Shown here one piece after another: positions 1-10,859 of a stretch of DNA of 64,000 bases. Position numbers and translations under genes: made by a program. Numbering within the stretch: position 1 is the first letter of the stretch; the number at the start of each line of letters is the position of its first letter. The DNA lies in assembly GCA_041737945.1 (NCBI GenBank), contig JBGSQQ010000030.1:139253-203252 (forward strand), read 5' to 3'. Source of the stretch: Chryseolinea sp. (lineage in GTDB: Bacteria > Bacteroidota > Bacteroidia > Cytophagales > Cyclobacteriaceae). The notes under the pieces are model-generated. The model saw nothing but the letters and a program-made list of their open reading frames with translations. It ran no database searches and was not told the DNA's origin.

Positions 1-319
1 TATAGGTTTTAAACTTTTTTAACTCCGCTTCATCAATAACTCCACCCTGATTGCTGAACGATAATCTTAAATCCTCTGTCTCTACCTGCAGCGTGGATTT
101 TACTCCTTTAACCGCGGCAGAGAGTTCGCCAAAGGTGGCAGCCAGCGTACTGTCATTAAGTTCTATCTTCCGGGGAGCAGTTTCTGCCATGGACTCTTTC
201 GGCGACTCGATAGGTATCGGTGTTTGTTCTACGGGTTGAGGTGGTGGGGAGAAAAAGTAAAAATACCCGAGTAATAGTACGGCAATGAGGGTGAGGCCAA
301 TGGCTGAATTTCTATCCAT
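1..319 (-). CDS. yidC: Membrane protein insertase YidC, N-terminal part (runs off window start)
   Basis: Manual translation from the ATG at 319: MDRNSAIGLTLIAVLLLGYFYFFSPPP...FSNQGGVIDEAELKKFKTY. This is a typical Bacteroidota YidC N-terminus, directly downstream of pyrG. Not in the ORF track because it is truncated. Confidence 0.85.
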   Translation of the reverse strand, partial: MDRNSAIGLTLIAVLLLGYFYFFSPPPQPVEQTPIPIESPKESMAETAPRKIELNDSTLAATFGELSAAVKGVKSTLQVETEDLRLSFSNQGGVIDEAELKKFKTY

Positions 320-334
320 TATCGAAAACTTATG

Positions 335-1957
335 CTAATTTTTATTTAATGATTTTTTATGTTCTAATGCTGCTTCAACAAACCTCACAAACAGCGGATG
401 GGGATTGAGCACGGTGCTCTTCAGTTCAGGGTGATATTGAACGCCTACGTACCAGGGATGGTCTTTCAACTCTACCACTTCAACCAGGTTTGATTCAGGA
501 TTAATACCTACAGCTTTGAGGCCGGCATGCTCGAGTTGATCGAGGTATTTGTTATTCAATTCGTAACGATGCCGATGGCGTTCATGTATCAGGCTCTCAC
601 CGTAGGCGGCATATGTCTTGCTACCTTTCTTGAGTTTACAATAGTAGGCCCCCAGTCGCATGGTACCTCCCTTGATGGTAATCTTTTTCTGTTCTTCCAT
701 CATATCAATGACCGGTTGCCGGGTCTTAGGATTCAACTCCGTTGAACTGGCATCGAGGCCCAGTACGTTTCTCGCGAATTCTACCACAGCACACTGCATA
801 CCGAGGCAGATTCCGAAGAAGGGGATCTTATTTTCTCTTACGTACCGGATAGTCTCAATCTTACCTTCAAGACCCCGTTCACCGAAGCCCGGAGCAACGA
901 GCACGCCATCGACGGACGACAAGATGGGAGCAACGGAATCTTTTGTGACATCTTCCGAGGAAATCCATTTCAGATTCACTTTACAATCATTCTCAGCGCC
1001 CGCATGAACGAACGCCTCAGCGATTGACTTATACGCGTCGGGCAACGACACATATTTTCCTACCAGTGCAATGTTGACTTCATTCGTCGGGTTTTTCAGT
1101 TTACCCAGGAAAGTCTTCCATTGCTCAAGATGAGGTTCTATTTTGGATTGTACTTTCAATTTGGCAAGAACCCGCTCGTCCAGTTTTTCTTTACGCATCA
1201 GGATCGGCACATCATATATAGTCTCCGCGTCGATTGCTTCAATTACCGAATTGATATGAACGTTGCAGAAAAGGGCCAGTTTCTTGCGTATGTCCATGGG
1301 CAAGGGCATTTCAGTCCGGCAGACCAGAATATCCGGTTGAATACCTGCCTCCAGTAATTCTTTTACAGAGTGCTGAGTAGGTTTTGTCTTCAGTTCTTTG
1401 GCCGCTTTCAGGTAGGGGATAAGCGTCAGGTGAATCACCATCGAACTGCTTGGTGGCAGATCCCACTTCACCTGTCTGACGGTCTCAATAAAAGGGAGGG
1501 ACTCGATATCGCCGACGCACCCACCGATCTCCGTAATAATAAAATCGTATTCGCCGGTTTCCCCCAGCAAGAAAATGTTGCGCTTGATTTCATCGGTAAT
1601 GTGAGGGATTACCTGAACGGTCTTGCCCAGGTATTCTCCTTTGCGTTCTTTGGTAATAACGTTATTATAGATTCGTCCGGTGGTAACGTTGTTTGCCTGT
1701 GATGTGCGGACATTCAGGAACCGTTCATAGTGGCCCAGGTCCAGGTCTGTTTCCGCACCGTCGTCCGTAACATAACATTCCCCGTGTTCATAGGGATTAA
1801 GGGTTCCGGGGTCAATATTGAGGTAAGGATCAAATTTCTGGATAGTCACCTTAAAGCCGCGGGCTTGCAGCAATTGAGCCAGCGAAGCTGCGATAATACC
1901 TTTTCCAAGGGAAGATGTGACACCTCCTGTTACGAAAATATACTTTGTAGATGACAT
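335..1957 (-). CDS. pyrG: CTP synthase
   Basis: [17 protein letters not shown]-terminus, [19 protein letters not shown] glutaminase Cys motif, RHRHRYE and QYHPE. Confidence 0.99.
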   Translation of the reverse strand: MSSTKYIFVTGGVTSSLGKGIIAASLAQLLQARGFKVTIQKFDPYLNIDPGTLNPYEHGECYVTDDGAETDLDLGHYERFLNVRTSQANNVTTGRIYNNVITKERKGEYLGKTVQVIPHITDEIKRNIFLLGETGEYDFIITEIGGCVGDIESLPFIETVRQVKWDLPPSSSMVIHLTLIPYLKAAKELKTKPTQHSVKELLEAGIQPDILVCRTEMPLPMDIRKKLALFCNVHINSVIEAIDAETIYDVPILMRKEKLDERVLAKLKVQSKIEPHLEQWKTFLGKLKNPTNEVNIALVGKYVSLPDAYKSIAEAFVHAGAENDCKVNLKWISSEDVTKDSVAPILSSVDGVLVAPGFGERGLEGKIETIRYVRENKIPFFGICLGMQCAVVEFARNVLGLDASSTELNPKTRQPVIDMMEEQKKITIKGGTMRLGAYYCKLKKGSKTYAAYGESLIHERHRHRYELNNKYLDQLEHAGLKAVGINPESNLVEVVELKDHPWYVGVQYHPELKSTVLNPHPLFVRFVEAALEHKKSLNKN

Positions 1958-1988
1958 AATTTAAAAAACAGCCTCGGTAAATCGGGGG

Positions 1989-2018
1989 CAAAGGTAGGGT
2001 TCTGGGCTTAAAGTTCAA
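1989..2018 (-). promoter_or_regulatory. Bacteroidota primary-sigma promoter for pyrG-yidC
   Basis: Minus-strand TACCTTTG (-7 box TAnnTTTG, 1989-1996) with TTG 19 bp upstream (2016-2018). Confidence 0.6.
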
Positions 2019-2406
2019 GGGCTACCGTTTAAACTTGCTCGTTTTCGCAATGATCGAATTTCTATGCCCAAAACCCACCGATCCATGCCCTGAAAAGCTA
2101 CCCGGTACCAACAAGTCGGGTATTATGGAGCCGAATTACGAGGGTGGCACTTAATTTCTTACCATGATTTTGGTATTACGCTGGCGAAAAGGTCATTGTG
2201 GAGCTGGATTCGTGTCCGTTCATCTGCTGTATTGCCAATCTGGCAAATGAATCGTAGCTTTAACAGCAATACAGCATTTTTTGAGCTAATTAGTACGGTT
2301 ACTAATATTTTTTGCCACGGATACAGCTATGTCTATAGTGGCCAAAAGCTGGCAGTTTGTAATAACGCCAAATTCTGTATTCCATCATTTTTAAACGCTT
2401 GCGCGC

Positions 2407-5400
2407 ATGCTTATACGTTTACGTATATATTTTTTTCGGCTTCTTATTTTGTTTTCCGTGTTAGGAACCGGAGAACTGCTGGCGCAAGTTGGGTGCGGTG
2501 GCTTTAATGGTGCACCTACACCTTTAGGTGGCCCGTTGAGTGTTGATAATGGTCAAATTTGTTTAAATAAGCCAGGAGCACCTGCAGAAATCACATTTAG
2601 GGCCACGAATGTTGCAGATGGTAATGACCCAAATAATTTTGCAATAGATATAGATTGGGATGACGGATCTCCTCGGCAAACCGTCTCTTTTGGCGGAGCA
2701 ATTCCGGTAAACATCATAGGTCCGCACGCCTATGAAATACCCTCTATTACACACGTCTTCCTGCCTAGACCTTGTGCTGCCCGGCCAGGTGCAGAATGTT
2801 CTTATAGGCCAAGAGTTTTTTTAAGAATAGCGGGTAATCCCTGCCCGGCTCAGTTTGGTACGTCTCCTGACTTTTTCCGATTTAATACCGACGATGAATG
2901 TTCCGGTGACATGGAACTTAGTGAAACCGTTTCAGGGGCACCGGTCTTTGAAGTTTGTGCCGGAGCCTCCACGGTTGTTACGTTTACGGACCGCACAACT
3001 TTGAACTGTTTACCGCCTGAAGAACTCACCGGCAAAAACTTTACCAAACGGTGGAGAAGATTTGTTTATGGTACTCCTGGGAGTAATATCACAGGGCCTG
3101 TATTAATTGGAGGGGTTCCGGTTGGTTTTCCATTTACACCGCCCGGTATGCCTGAGGTATCAGGCGAACCATTAGACATTTCAACGCCACCATTTGCCAA
3201 CAATAATACACTAAATATTAGCATTCCTGCAACCGCTCAGGTCGGCGAAGAATTTCATATCCGTATGGAGTACTGGAATTTTTGTAACCAATTCACCGAC
3301 GGAGACCCGGCCGTTTTCCGTGAAGGCATTATCCGGATCGTCGGACAACCCGCTGCGCCTACCCCAGTTAACCAGGAAGTTTGTAATGGAGTCTCTCCAT
3401 TACCTAATTTTCGAATCAATTTTGCCGCAGCAAGTTCTGCAGTAGTGTGGTATCGGGATAATGCCGGTGTACCGGGTACGGAGGTTGTCAATCCAAATGG
3501 TAGCAACAACAATACATTTCCATCCTCAGCATTTCCCGGAGGTATTACCAATACAAGTCCAGGGGTTTATCGGATGTGGGCAAGCTACCGCGCCCAGGTG
3601 AACGTTGCTGGATTATTATGCGAAAGTATTCAGGTTCCGATCACCATTACTATACGAGATGCCGTGTTAACGCCTGGTCCGATCGCAGGAACCGCGGCCG
3701 TTTGTAACGGAGCATCCGGCGTCGGGTATGGAGTCGCTGGCCCGGCCGGGGTATTGACGCCTGGCGGTCCTACAGAGTTTGTCTGGGATGTTGTAGATGC
3801 GGGGAATGCGGTGGTCGCTGATGTGACGCTGACACCTACCTCAGGCCAAAATGCGATCGCGCAAAACATTACTGCTGCATTTAATATTGCCAACGGTACA
3901 TTTGGTGCGGCGGCATCGGTGGTCCGTAAAATCAGGGTGAGACGACGGTTTGTTAATGCACCTAATTGTGAATCGCCAGTAGTTGAGTTTCCCGTTACGA
4001 TCAGCCGGAATACCGATGACGGTACTATAACTGGCGGTGGCCCATTTTGCCAGGGAGCAAATTTGGGGAATGTTACCTGGAATACTCCGGGATGGGGCGC
4101 CATACAAAGTTGGGAGATTGCCCCTGCTATCGGGGGACCCTATGCGCCCATTGCCTCCTTTGGTACTACGAACCCTGTTGCACCAACCTCATTATCGTTG
4201 GCACCAGGCAATTATTTTATCAGGGCCCGTGTGAGAAATGGCGTGTGTCCCGAAATACCTACCGATGCTGCTGCTTTTGTAATCAATGGCAATCCTGATA
4301 TTGCAGATGCAGGTCTCGATTTTGCAACATGTGTTCCGATTGCCAGCCCATTGGTTTATACACTTGACGGAAATGCACCAGGAGTGGGAGTTACTGGTGA
4401 CTGGGATCAGGTTAGTGGTCCTGGTACCTCCGCATTTGCCGATCAAACTTTGTTTAATTCTGGAGTAACGGTAACACTTCCCGGCATATATGTATTCAGG
4501 TGGACACTCGACAACGCCTCCTGCTTAAGCCAGGATGATGTACAAATTTCTTTTGGACGCGACCCTGCCATTCCTGCGCCAACATCCAATGGTTTTTGTG
4601 GTTTGTCAGGTACACTATCGGCTACCGCACCAGTGGGAGGGGAAATCATTGCATGGACTCTTACGGGGGTGAACCCTGGTACGGCAGTGATTACAAATGC
4701 GAATCAGATACCGGCCACGGTCGCAGTAAGTGCGTTCGGAACATACACTTTTAGGTTAACATTCAGCAGCGGTTCGTGTACCCCACAATTTACCGATGTT
4801 AATATTACTTTTTTCCAGCCAGCGACATCCGTACCAGAGCCTGACAAAACAGTCTGCGTTGATGGCAACGTCCTTCCGGCTCCCATTGCTCCATTTCCTG
4901 TTACCGGTACCGTTGGTGGAGGTGCGTCAGGTGGTCGTTGGGAAATTGCCGTGGGTTCGGGAACGTTCGTATCATCCGGCGCTGCGGTGGGCAGCGTCCT
5001 GGCTGCTGGTGTAGTTAATGATGATTTTATTCCCTCTGCAGCGGCTTTTGCCGCTGGTACCGTTACCCTGCGCCTGGTAGGTGTACATCCGCAGGCTGTG
5101 TGTGGTAATGTCAGTAACACAGTAGTTATAACCTTTGATAAGAAACCAGATTTAGCGGCTGTAATAGGATCGCCTTTTGACGTATGCGGAACAACGGCTA
5201 ACCTAAATGCCGTAGTACCTACGGAAGGAGGAACGGGAGTATGGTCCGCGATAACAGCCGGACCAAGTATTGCTGACCCAACGAACATAGCCACGGCAGT
5301 AAGCAATCTGCAATTTGGACCCAATGTCTTTCGCTGGACAGTAACCAGTGCGCAAGGTACGTGCGCACCGTCAACCGCGGATTTCACAATCAATCGCACC

Positions 5401-8400
5401 ACGGCACCGGTAGTGGTAAACATTTCTCCAACTGACCTTTGTGAAAGTGTTGCCAACACCGGAATCGCTCAAGGGGTGGATCTTGCCGCCAGCTATGACA
5501 ATCTGGTAAACGGTGGTTTTGCCACGGTGGTAACGTGGTTCAGGAATCCGGCCCGGACCATTGCTGTTGCTAATGTTAATAATGAAGACGTTGCCAATGG
5601 AGAAATATTCTATGTCCGGGTCAGCACAACCGGCATACCGGTGTGTTCTTCTGACGGCGTTGTGAACTTCACGATCAATCCAAAACCATTTGTGGCCAAC
5701 TTAACACCTTCCCTGTGCGAGGATGTACCTGGCGGTGGCGTAGTTAATAATTTTGTTCTTACCGATTTCAGCGATGACGTTTCATTAAATGCGGCCAATC
5801 GTACCGTTAGCTGGTTTACAGATAGCAATGTGACGGTTCCTGTTCCTGATCCAACCGATGTAGATAATATCTCTGATGGTGCTACTTTTTACGCCCGTGT
5901 TGTTAATACTACAACGGGTTGTTTTAACGTGGCTACTGTAACCTACTTCATCAATGCCATTCCTGCGGATAACCCTATTGTCGGGCCAAATGCAGTTTGT
6001 CTTGATCCTACCGATGTCATATTTTTCAAGGTAGATCAGCTCAAGCCCAACCACACCTATCAATGGACAATTCCGCCCACGGTGACTGTTATCGGACCTA
6101 CCACTGATTTTTATGTTCTATTACAGTTTCCAAATGCAGTACCCGGGGGAATAACGATCGGCGTACAGGAGACTTCTCCGGAAGGTTGTCCCGGTAATCC
6201 TCAGCAGTTGAATATTTCCATTGAGGATAACCCTGGCGCATTGGCAATTACTGGTCCCGGGGAGGTCTGCGAGTTCGACACGGACGTTGTATTTACAGTC
6301 CCGCTTTTTGCAAATCTCACCTACGCCTGGAGTGTACCTCCCGGAGCATCAATCATTCTGGGCCAGGGAACAGAGGAGATTCGTGTTAATTTTGGCAACA
6401 TACCCGGTGATGTAATTGTCACTCCCTCTACGTCTGTTGGATGCGTTGGTCCGACGGCAACGCAGGCAGTAACCATTAACAGGCGACCCGTCATGGAGAC
6501 CCTGGATAAGGCTATCTGTAGCCAGGAAGACGCAGCAATAACCCTTGCGGTTGCAGGCGGAAGTGAACCAGCAACCGACTATAATTTTATTGCGAGAGTG
6601 CTGGACGGAGGTCTGTTCATTCTGAATGCACCAACTACCCCTCCGCAAAATCCTATCAGTGACAATGCTTTGTTTACCGATCGGTTTGAGAACAAGACAG
6701 TCACTCCGTTGAATGTGCGTTATACGGTTTCCGGGATAAGTGCGAAGGGCTGTGAAGGATCAACGGGTTTTATTACGGTAAGGGTGAATCCAGAGCCGCA
6801 GTTGAATCCTGCACTGGGAAGAAGCGTTTGTAGCGGCGCAGAGACAGAAATTGCATTGATTTCTGCGGAGAACACATTTCCTGTTGACAAATTTATAATT
6901 AACAGCATCATATTCCCTGGCGGTGTAACCGCAGTGGTACCAGGTGATATTCCCGTTGCGGATGGTATAACCTTGTACGATGATAATGTATTATATAGCA
7001 ACCGGTGGGATAATATAACAGGTGTAAATCAGGTCGTGTCTTATCAAATAATTCCCTATAGTACATTGATCGGTTGCGCAGGTTTGCCTTCTACGTTGAA
7101 TGTAACAGTTTACCCGCGTACCGATGTCCTTCCGGTTAACCCAATCATTTGTAATGGTGACTTACTGAACGTGACTTTCAGTTCTGCCAACAATCCAGAT
7201 GCAGATTTCCTGTGGCTTGTAAAAAGTTATGATTCATTTGTTACCATTAATAGCCCGGCTGCCGGAATGGGCAACATCGTTGATATGATCATTACCAATA
7301 CTTCTACTACGCAGGATGGTATCATAACATTCGAAGTAACGGGAAAAAATCAGCCTGGCGAAGAAGGCCCGGGAGGGTGTAGTAACCCCATTCAGACCTT
7401 TGTAGTAACGATTTTAAAATCGCCAGTAGCAAATGCGCAGAACCTTACGGCATGTTCGGACGTCCCGGGTGGAAGTACCTTTACCGCTGACCTTAAAGTC
7501 CTCGAGCCGAATATTTCTCCAAATGCCGGGACGCCAGACACCAGAATTACCTGGTACCTCACCGACCCAAGGTTAGGACCAGCAACAGTTATTCTTGATG
7601 CCAGTCTCAATGCTTTTGTCATGACAGACGCGGTTCCGGTTTTTGTTGAGGTTGAATATTTGCCAACCTCGTGTAAGAAAGTTATAGCGGTTCGATACAC
7701 GGTCAATCCGAATGTTTCTATAACAAACACAATCAGCAACTTCAATGGCTTCAATCTTAATTGTAACTCCGACAACTCGGGTGAAATCAGAATAGATGTT
7801 TTAACGGGGACGCCGGTGTATGCTTACCGTATTGATGGTGGTCCATTTATCAATGCAGGCGTCGTTACCTACAATTTCAGTTCATTGGCTGCCGGTTCAC
7901 ACACGATCGAAGTCCAGGATGCGAGAGGGTGTACCATATCACAAACAATAGATCTAATAGAACCTCCGGCACTTACGACTACATTAAACATCCAAAAGGA
8001 AATCACCTGCTTTCTTGGGAAGGATGGAGAAATCAGCACCACCGTGGGTGGTGGAACCGGGACGTATATTTCGTACTTGTTACTTCAAACCAACAATACG
8101 GATGCTAATAATGACGGCATTTTTGAAAACCTTGGTGCCGGTTCTTATAATGTGCGCGTAACGGATTCGAATAATTGCCGGATTGATTCGAACCCGGTTG
8201 ATTTAGCCCAACCTACTCAAGTGGAAATCAACAGCATGACGGTAGCAACGGATGCAAACGGATTCAACTTAAGTTGCCGGGATGCACTGGATGGCGAAAT
8301 TGAAGTAACGTTTTCCGGGGGTAATGTTCCTCCCGACTACACCCTTACATTAACCAAAGCATCTGATCCGCTAAATCCCGGCATTATTAATACAGCAGCG

Positions 8401-10809
8401 TTTGATGCGACTTTCACAAATCTCGGCTTTGGAAACTATACGGCTGTAGCCCGAGATGGTAAAGGTTGTGAATCTCTTCCTGCTTCTGCTATCATTGTCA
8501 ATCCACCACCTTTCAGTCCTGGCTTCGTTGGTATTAACCAGTCGATTTGCCTTGGCGATGACGCCACTGAAATTGAAGAATTGGTGCCCGCTTTCGGAGG
8601 TGTAGGAAACTATCAGTACCAGTGGCAACAATCCCTGACTGGCTCCAACAACGATGCGGAATGGATCGATATTCCGGGCGCAACCAGCATTACGTTTGAT
8701 CCAATCGTACTTGCTCAAACAACGTATTTCCGCAGAATTGTACGCAGTGTTTCTGAGCGAACGGGAGTTGCCTGCGAGATTCTGGGCAAGGACAATATTG
8801 TTCAGGTGCTGATTAACCCGATTCCGGTGGCTTCATTCAACGCGCCTTCGGAAGTATGTCAGGGAGAGGCGTTCACCTTGCAGTTAGGAATCAGTTCCGG
8901 CACCGCACCTATCGAATATGACTACTCCGCTGGCGCAACCACGTTTCAAAACCTTATCGGAACAGAGAATACGGCAATACCCATAAGCAACTTTCAGGAG
9001 CCTACAACCTATACGTTACTGCGCGTAAAAGACTTGAATGGCTGCGTCGCCCTCAATGTACCGCAGGTAGTCAATGTTGATATCATAAAAATCAATCCTG
9101 AGTTTACAGTTCTGGCACCGGTTGCCCAGTGTTCCGGTGGAACATTTACCTTTCAATGGGTAGCGGAGCAAGGTGTCGGGTATACATGGATATGGTCGGA
9201 CGGACAACAGAACGTTATTAATCCAGGTGATATTCCGCTCGGACTAAATACCATTACGCACGTGTTTACATCAGGGTCAACATCAAGTTCCACTATTTAT
9301 CCCGTTACCCTGCAAGCCGAAAATGCTTTATGCGCACCGAAGTCTGCGACACATCCGATTGAAGTGTATCCAACTATTGTTCTCAATATTTCTCCCGGGA
9401 ATCCGGTTCTCTGTAGCGGAGAAGCTATCAGTTTCATAGACCAATCGGAAGGGGTTGATGTAGGAACATGGTATTATCAGGAGGTAGGAACCACGAACCA
9501 GCAAGATGTACGACCTGGGCCTGTGCCGGTTATAAATTATACGATGGTAAACAATACGACTACCAATCCAATTCTGTATGAAGTAATCTATGAGGCATCG
9601 AACAATGAAGGATGTACGGATGTTTACACAAAAGAAGTGAAGGTGTACCGTGGCATTACCGCGTCAATTGTAAATACGCCCGATCCGCCCCAACCGTTCA
9701 CTGGAGGGATATCAACCGTTGAGTTTACAAACAATTCAACTCCTTTAGATGCCGCAGACTTTGACTATACCTGGGATTTCGGAGATGTCAGAGCCGTGCC
9801 TTCAACGGGCACAGGAATCGCACCTATCACAGTGGATTATTTCTCACCTGGCATTAAAGATGTGGTACTTACTGCAATCAATATTGATGCGCTGGCAATA
9901 GATAATAAAACCTGCCAGAGCGTAGCTGTCAAGAATATCAACATTTCATTACCCGTGGTAGGCGCGGCGTTCAGAGCCACACCGTTGGCGTCCTGTTTCC
10001 CGGTTGATATTGTCATTGAAAACCTGTCACCCGGTGCGGACACGTTCCTATGGGAAGTATACAGTCAGTCAGGGTTGGTAACGACATCAAATTTGAGGAA
10101 CCCTGTGTTCAGGATACTGAATCCTGGTACGTATGATATCTATTTGACTGCAAGTTTCTATGCGACTGGCCAGACGGCGACGGCACAACAAACAGGAATT
10201 GAGGTATTTGATGTGCCTACAGCACTGTTCGAAATGCGTCCGAATCCGCTGTACGTTCCCGATACCGAACTGCAAACCTTTAATCAATCTGCACGGGCAA
10301 GCCTGTACTTCTGGGATTTTGATGATGGCACGACTTCAACAGAATTCCAGCCAACGCATCTCTACAAACTGGAGGGTAAGTACACCATAACCCTGGTCGC
10401 TGGCTTTGATAACGGCAACAAGGATATAGACGGTGATGGTATCCTCGATGGAAATGTTATCTGCTATGACACGGTGCGGAATGTGTTGAACGCATTGGAC
10501 GGAGGGTTCATAAAATTGCCGAATGCATTTACGCCAAATCCCAATGGCTCCACGGGTGGGGTACCCGGTAACGGAACATTCAATGATGTTTTCTTGCCTA
10601 TCGCCCGGGGTATTGAGGAGTTTAATATGCAGATGTTCGACAGGTGGGGGAATCTTATTTTTGAAAGTCGCGATCGCAACATCGGATGGGATGGATATGA
10701 CCGCAACGGACGGCTCATGCCTGCGGGAGTATACGTATACAAACTGGTGTTACGATTATCAGACGGGCAACGAACTACGCGGATCGGCGATGTAACGCTA
10801 ATACGATGA
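2407..10809 (+). CDS. Giant T9SS type-B sorting domain (gliding motility-associated C-terminal) surface protein with Ig-like, PKD and SprB-like repeats
   Basis: 2800 aa with a signal peptide, many beta-rich Cys-paired modules, SprB-like repeats (YRIDGG..FSSLAAGSHTIEVQDARGC) and PKD WDFGD/WDFDD motifs. C-terminus PNAFTPN..NDVF..FDRWGNLIFES..GWDG..PAGVYVY matches a type-B CTD. Confidence 0.9.
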   Translation: MLIRLRIYFFRLLILFSVLGTGELLAQVGCGGFNGAPTPLGGPLSVDNGQICLNKPGAPAEITFRATNVADGNDPNNFAIDIDWDDGSPRQTVSFGGAIPVNIIGPHAYEIPSITHVFLPRPCAARPGAECSYRPRVFLRIAGNPCPAQFGTSPDFFRFNTDDECSGDMELSETVSGAPVFEVCAGASTVVTFTDRTTLNCLPPEELTGKNFTKRWRRFVYGTPGSNITGPVLIGGVPVGFPFTPPGMPEVSGEPLDISTPPFANNNTLNISIPATAQVGEEFHIRMEYWNFCNQFTDGDPAVFREGIIRIVGQPAAPTPVNQEVCNGVSPLPNFRINFAAASSAVVWYRDNAGVPGTEVVNPNGSNNNTFPSSAFPGGITNTSPGVYRMWASYRAQVNVAGLLCESIQVPITITIRDAVLTPGPIAGTAAVCNGASGVGYGVAGPAGVLTPGGPTEFVWDVVDAGNAVVADVTLTPTSGQNAIAQNITAAFNIANGTFGAAASVVRKIRVRRRFVNAPNCESPVVEFPVTISRNTDDGTITGGGPFCQGANLGNVTWNTPGWGAIQSWEIAPAIGGPYAPIASFGTTNPVAPTSLSLAPGNYFIRARVRNGVCPEIPTDAAAFVINGNPDIADAGLDFATCVPIASPLVYTLDGNAPGVGVTGDWDQVSGPGTSAFADQTLFNSGVTVTLPGIYVFRWTLDNASCLSQDDVQISFGRDPAIPAPTSNGFCGLSGTLSATAPVGGEIIAWTLTGVNPGTAVITNANQIPATVAVSAFGTYTFRLTFSSGSCTPQFTDVNITFFQPATSVPEPDKTVCVDGNVLPAPIAPFPVTGTVGGGASGGRWEIAVGSGTFVSSGAAVGSVLAAGVVNDDFIPSAAAFAAGTVTLRLVGVHPQAVCGNVSNTVVITFDKKPDLAAVIGSPFDVCGTTANLNAVVPTEGGTGVWSAITAGPSIADPTNIATAVSNLQFGPNVFRWTVTSAQGTCAPSTADFTINRTTAPVVVNISPTDLCESVANTGIAQGVDLAASYDNLVNGGFATVVTWFRNPARTIAVANVNNEDVANGEIFYVRVSTTGIPVCSSDGVVNFTINPKPFVANLTPSLCEDVPGGGVVNNFVLTDFSDDVSLNAANRTVSWFTDSNVTVPVPDPTDVDNISDGATFYARVVNTTTGCFNVATVTYFINAIPADNPIVGPNAVCLDPTDVIFFKVDQLKPNHTYQWTIPPTVTVIGPTTDFYVLLQFPNAVPGGITIGVQETSPEGCPGNPQQLNISIEDNPGALAITGPGEVCEFDTDVVFTVPLFANLTYAWSVPPGASIILGQGTEEIRVNFGNIPGDVIVTPSTSVGCVGPTATQAVTINRRPVMETLDKAICSQEDAAITLAVAGGSEPATDYNFIARVLDGGLFILNAPTTPPQNPISDNALFTDRFENKTVTPLNVRYTVSGISAKGCEGSTGFITVRVNPEPQLNPALGRSVCSGAETEIALISAENTFPVDKFIINSIIFPGGVTAVVPGDIPVADGITLYDDNVLYSNRWDNITGVNQVVSYQIIPYSTLIGCAGLPSTLNVTVYPRTDVLPVNPIICNGDLLNVTFSSANNPDADFLWLVKSYDSFVTINSPAAGMGNIVDMIITNTSTTQDGIITFEVTGKNQPGEEGPGGCSNPIQTFVVTILKSPVANAQNLTACSDVPGGSTFTADLKVLEPNISPNAGTPDTRITWYLTDPRLGPATVILDASLNAFVMTDAVPVFVEVEYLPTSCKKVIAVRYTVNPNVSITNTISNFNGFNLNCNSDNSGEIRIDVLTGTPVYAYRIDGGPFINAGVVTYNFSSLAAGSHTIEVQDARGCTISQTIDLIEPPALTTTLNIQKEITCFLGKDGEISTTVGGGTGTYISYLLLQTNNTDANNDGIFENLGAGSYNVRVTDSNNCRIDSNPVDLAQPTQVEINSMTVATDANGFNLSCRDALDGEIEVTFSGGNVPPDYTLTLTKASDPLNPGIINTAAFDATFTNLGFGNYTAVARDGKGCESLPASAIIVNPPPFSPGFVGINQSICLGDDATEIEELVPAFGGVGNYQYQWQQSLTGSNNDAEWIDIPGATSITFDPIVLAQTTYFRRIVRSVSERTGVACEILGKDNIVQVLINPIPVASFNAPSEVCQGEAFTLQLGISSGTAPIEYDYSAGATTFQNLIGTENTAIPISNFQEPTTYTLLRVKDLNGCVALNVPQVVNVDIIKINPEFTVLAPVAQCSGGTFTFQWVAEQGVGYTWIWSDGQQNVINPGDIPLGLNTITHVFTSGSTSSSTIYPVTLQAENALCAPKSATHPIEVYPTIVLNISPGNPVLCSGEAISFIDQSEGVDVGTWYYQEVGTTNQQDVRPGPVPVINYTMVNNTTTNPILYEVIYEASNNEGCTDVYTKEVKVYRGITASIVNTPDPPQPFTGGISTVEFTNNSTPLDAADFDYTWDFGDVRAVPSTGTGIAPITVDYFSPGIKDVVLTAINIDALAIDNKTCQSVAVKNINISLPVVGAAFRATPLASCFPVDIVIENLSPGADTFLWEVYSQSGLVTTSNLRNPVFRILNPGTYDIYLTASFYATGQTATAQQTGIEVFDVPTALFEMRPNPLYVPDTELQTFNQSARASLYFWDFDDGTTSTEFQPTHLYKLEGKYTITLVAGFDNGNKDIDGDGILDGNVICYDTVRNVLNALDGGFIKLPNAFTPNPNGSTGGVPGNGTFNDVFLPIARGIEEFNMQMFDRWGNLIFESRDRNIGWDGYDRNGRLMPAGVYVYKLVLRLSDGQRTTRIGDVTLIR

Positions 10810-10859
10810 TGAACACCATTGGGGAGATGAAATAAGGGGTAACTTTAAACGGGAGGAAG

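Noticed and set aside
2563-10795. Numerous antisense and alternate-frame ORFs inside the 2800-aa gene and other long CDSs
   Set aside because: Expected shadows of long coding frames, with no independent motifs or initiation signals.
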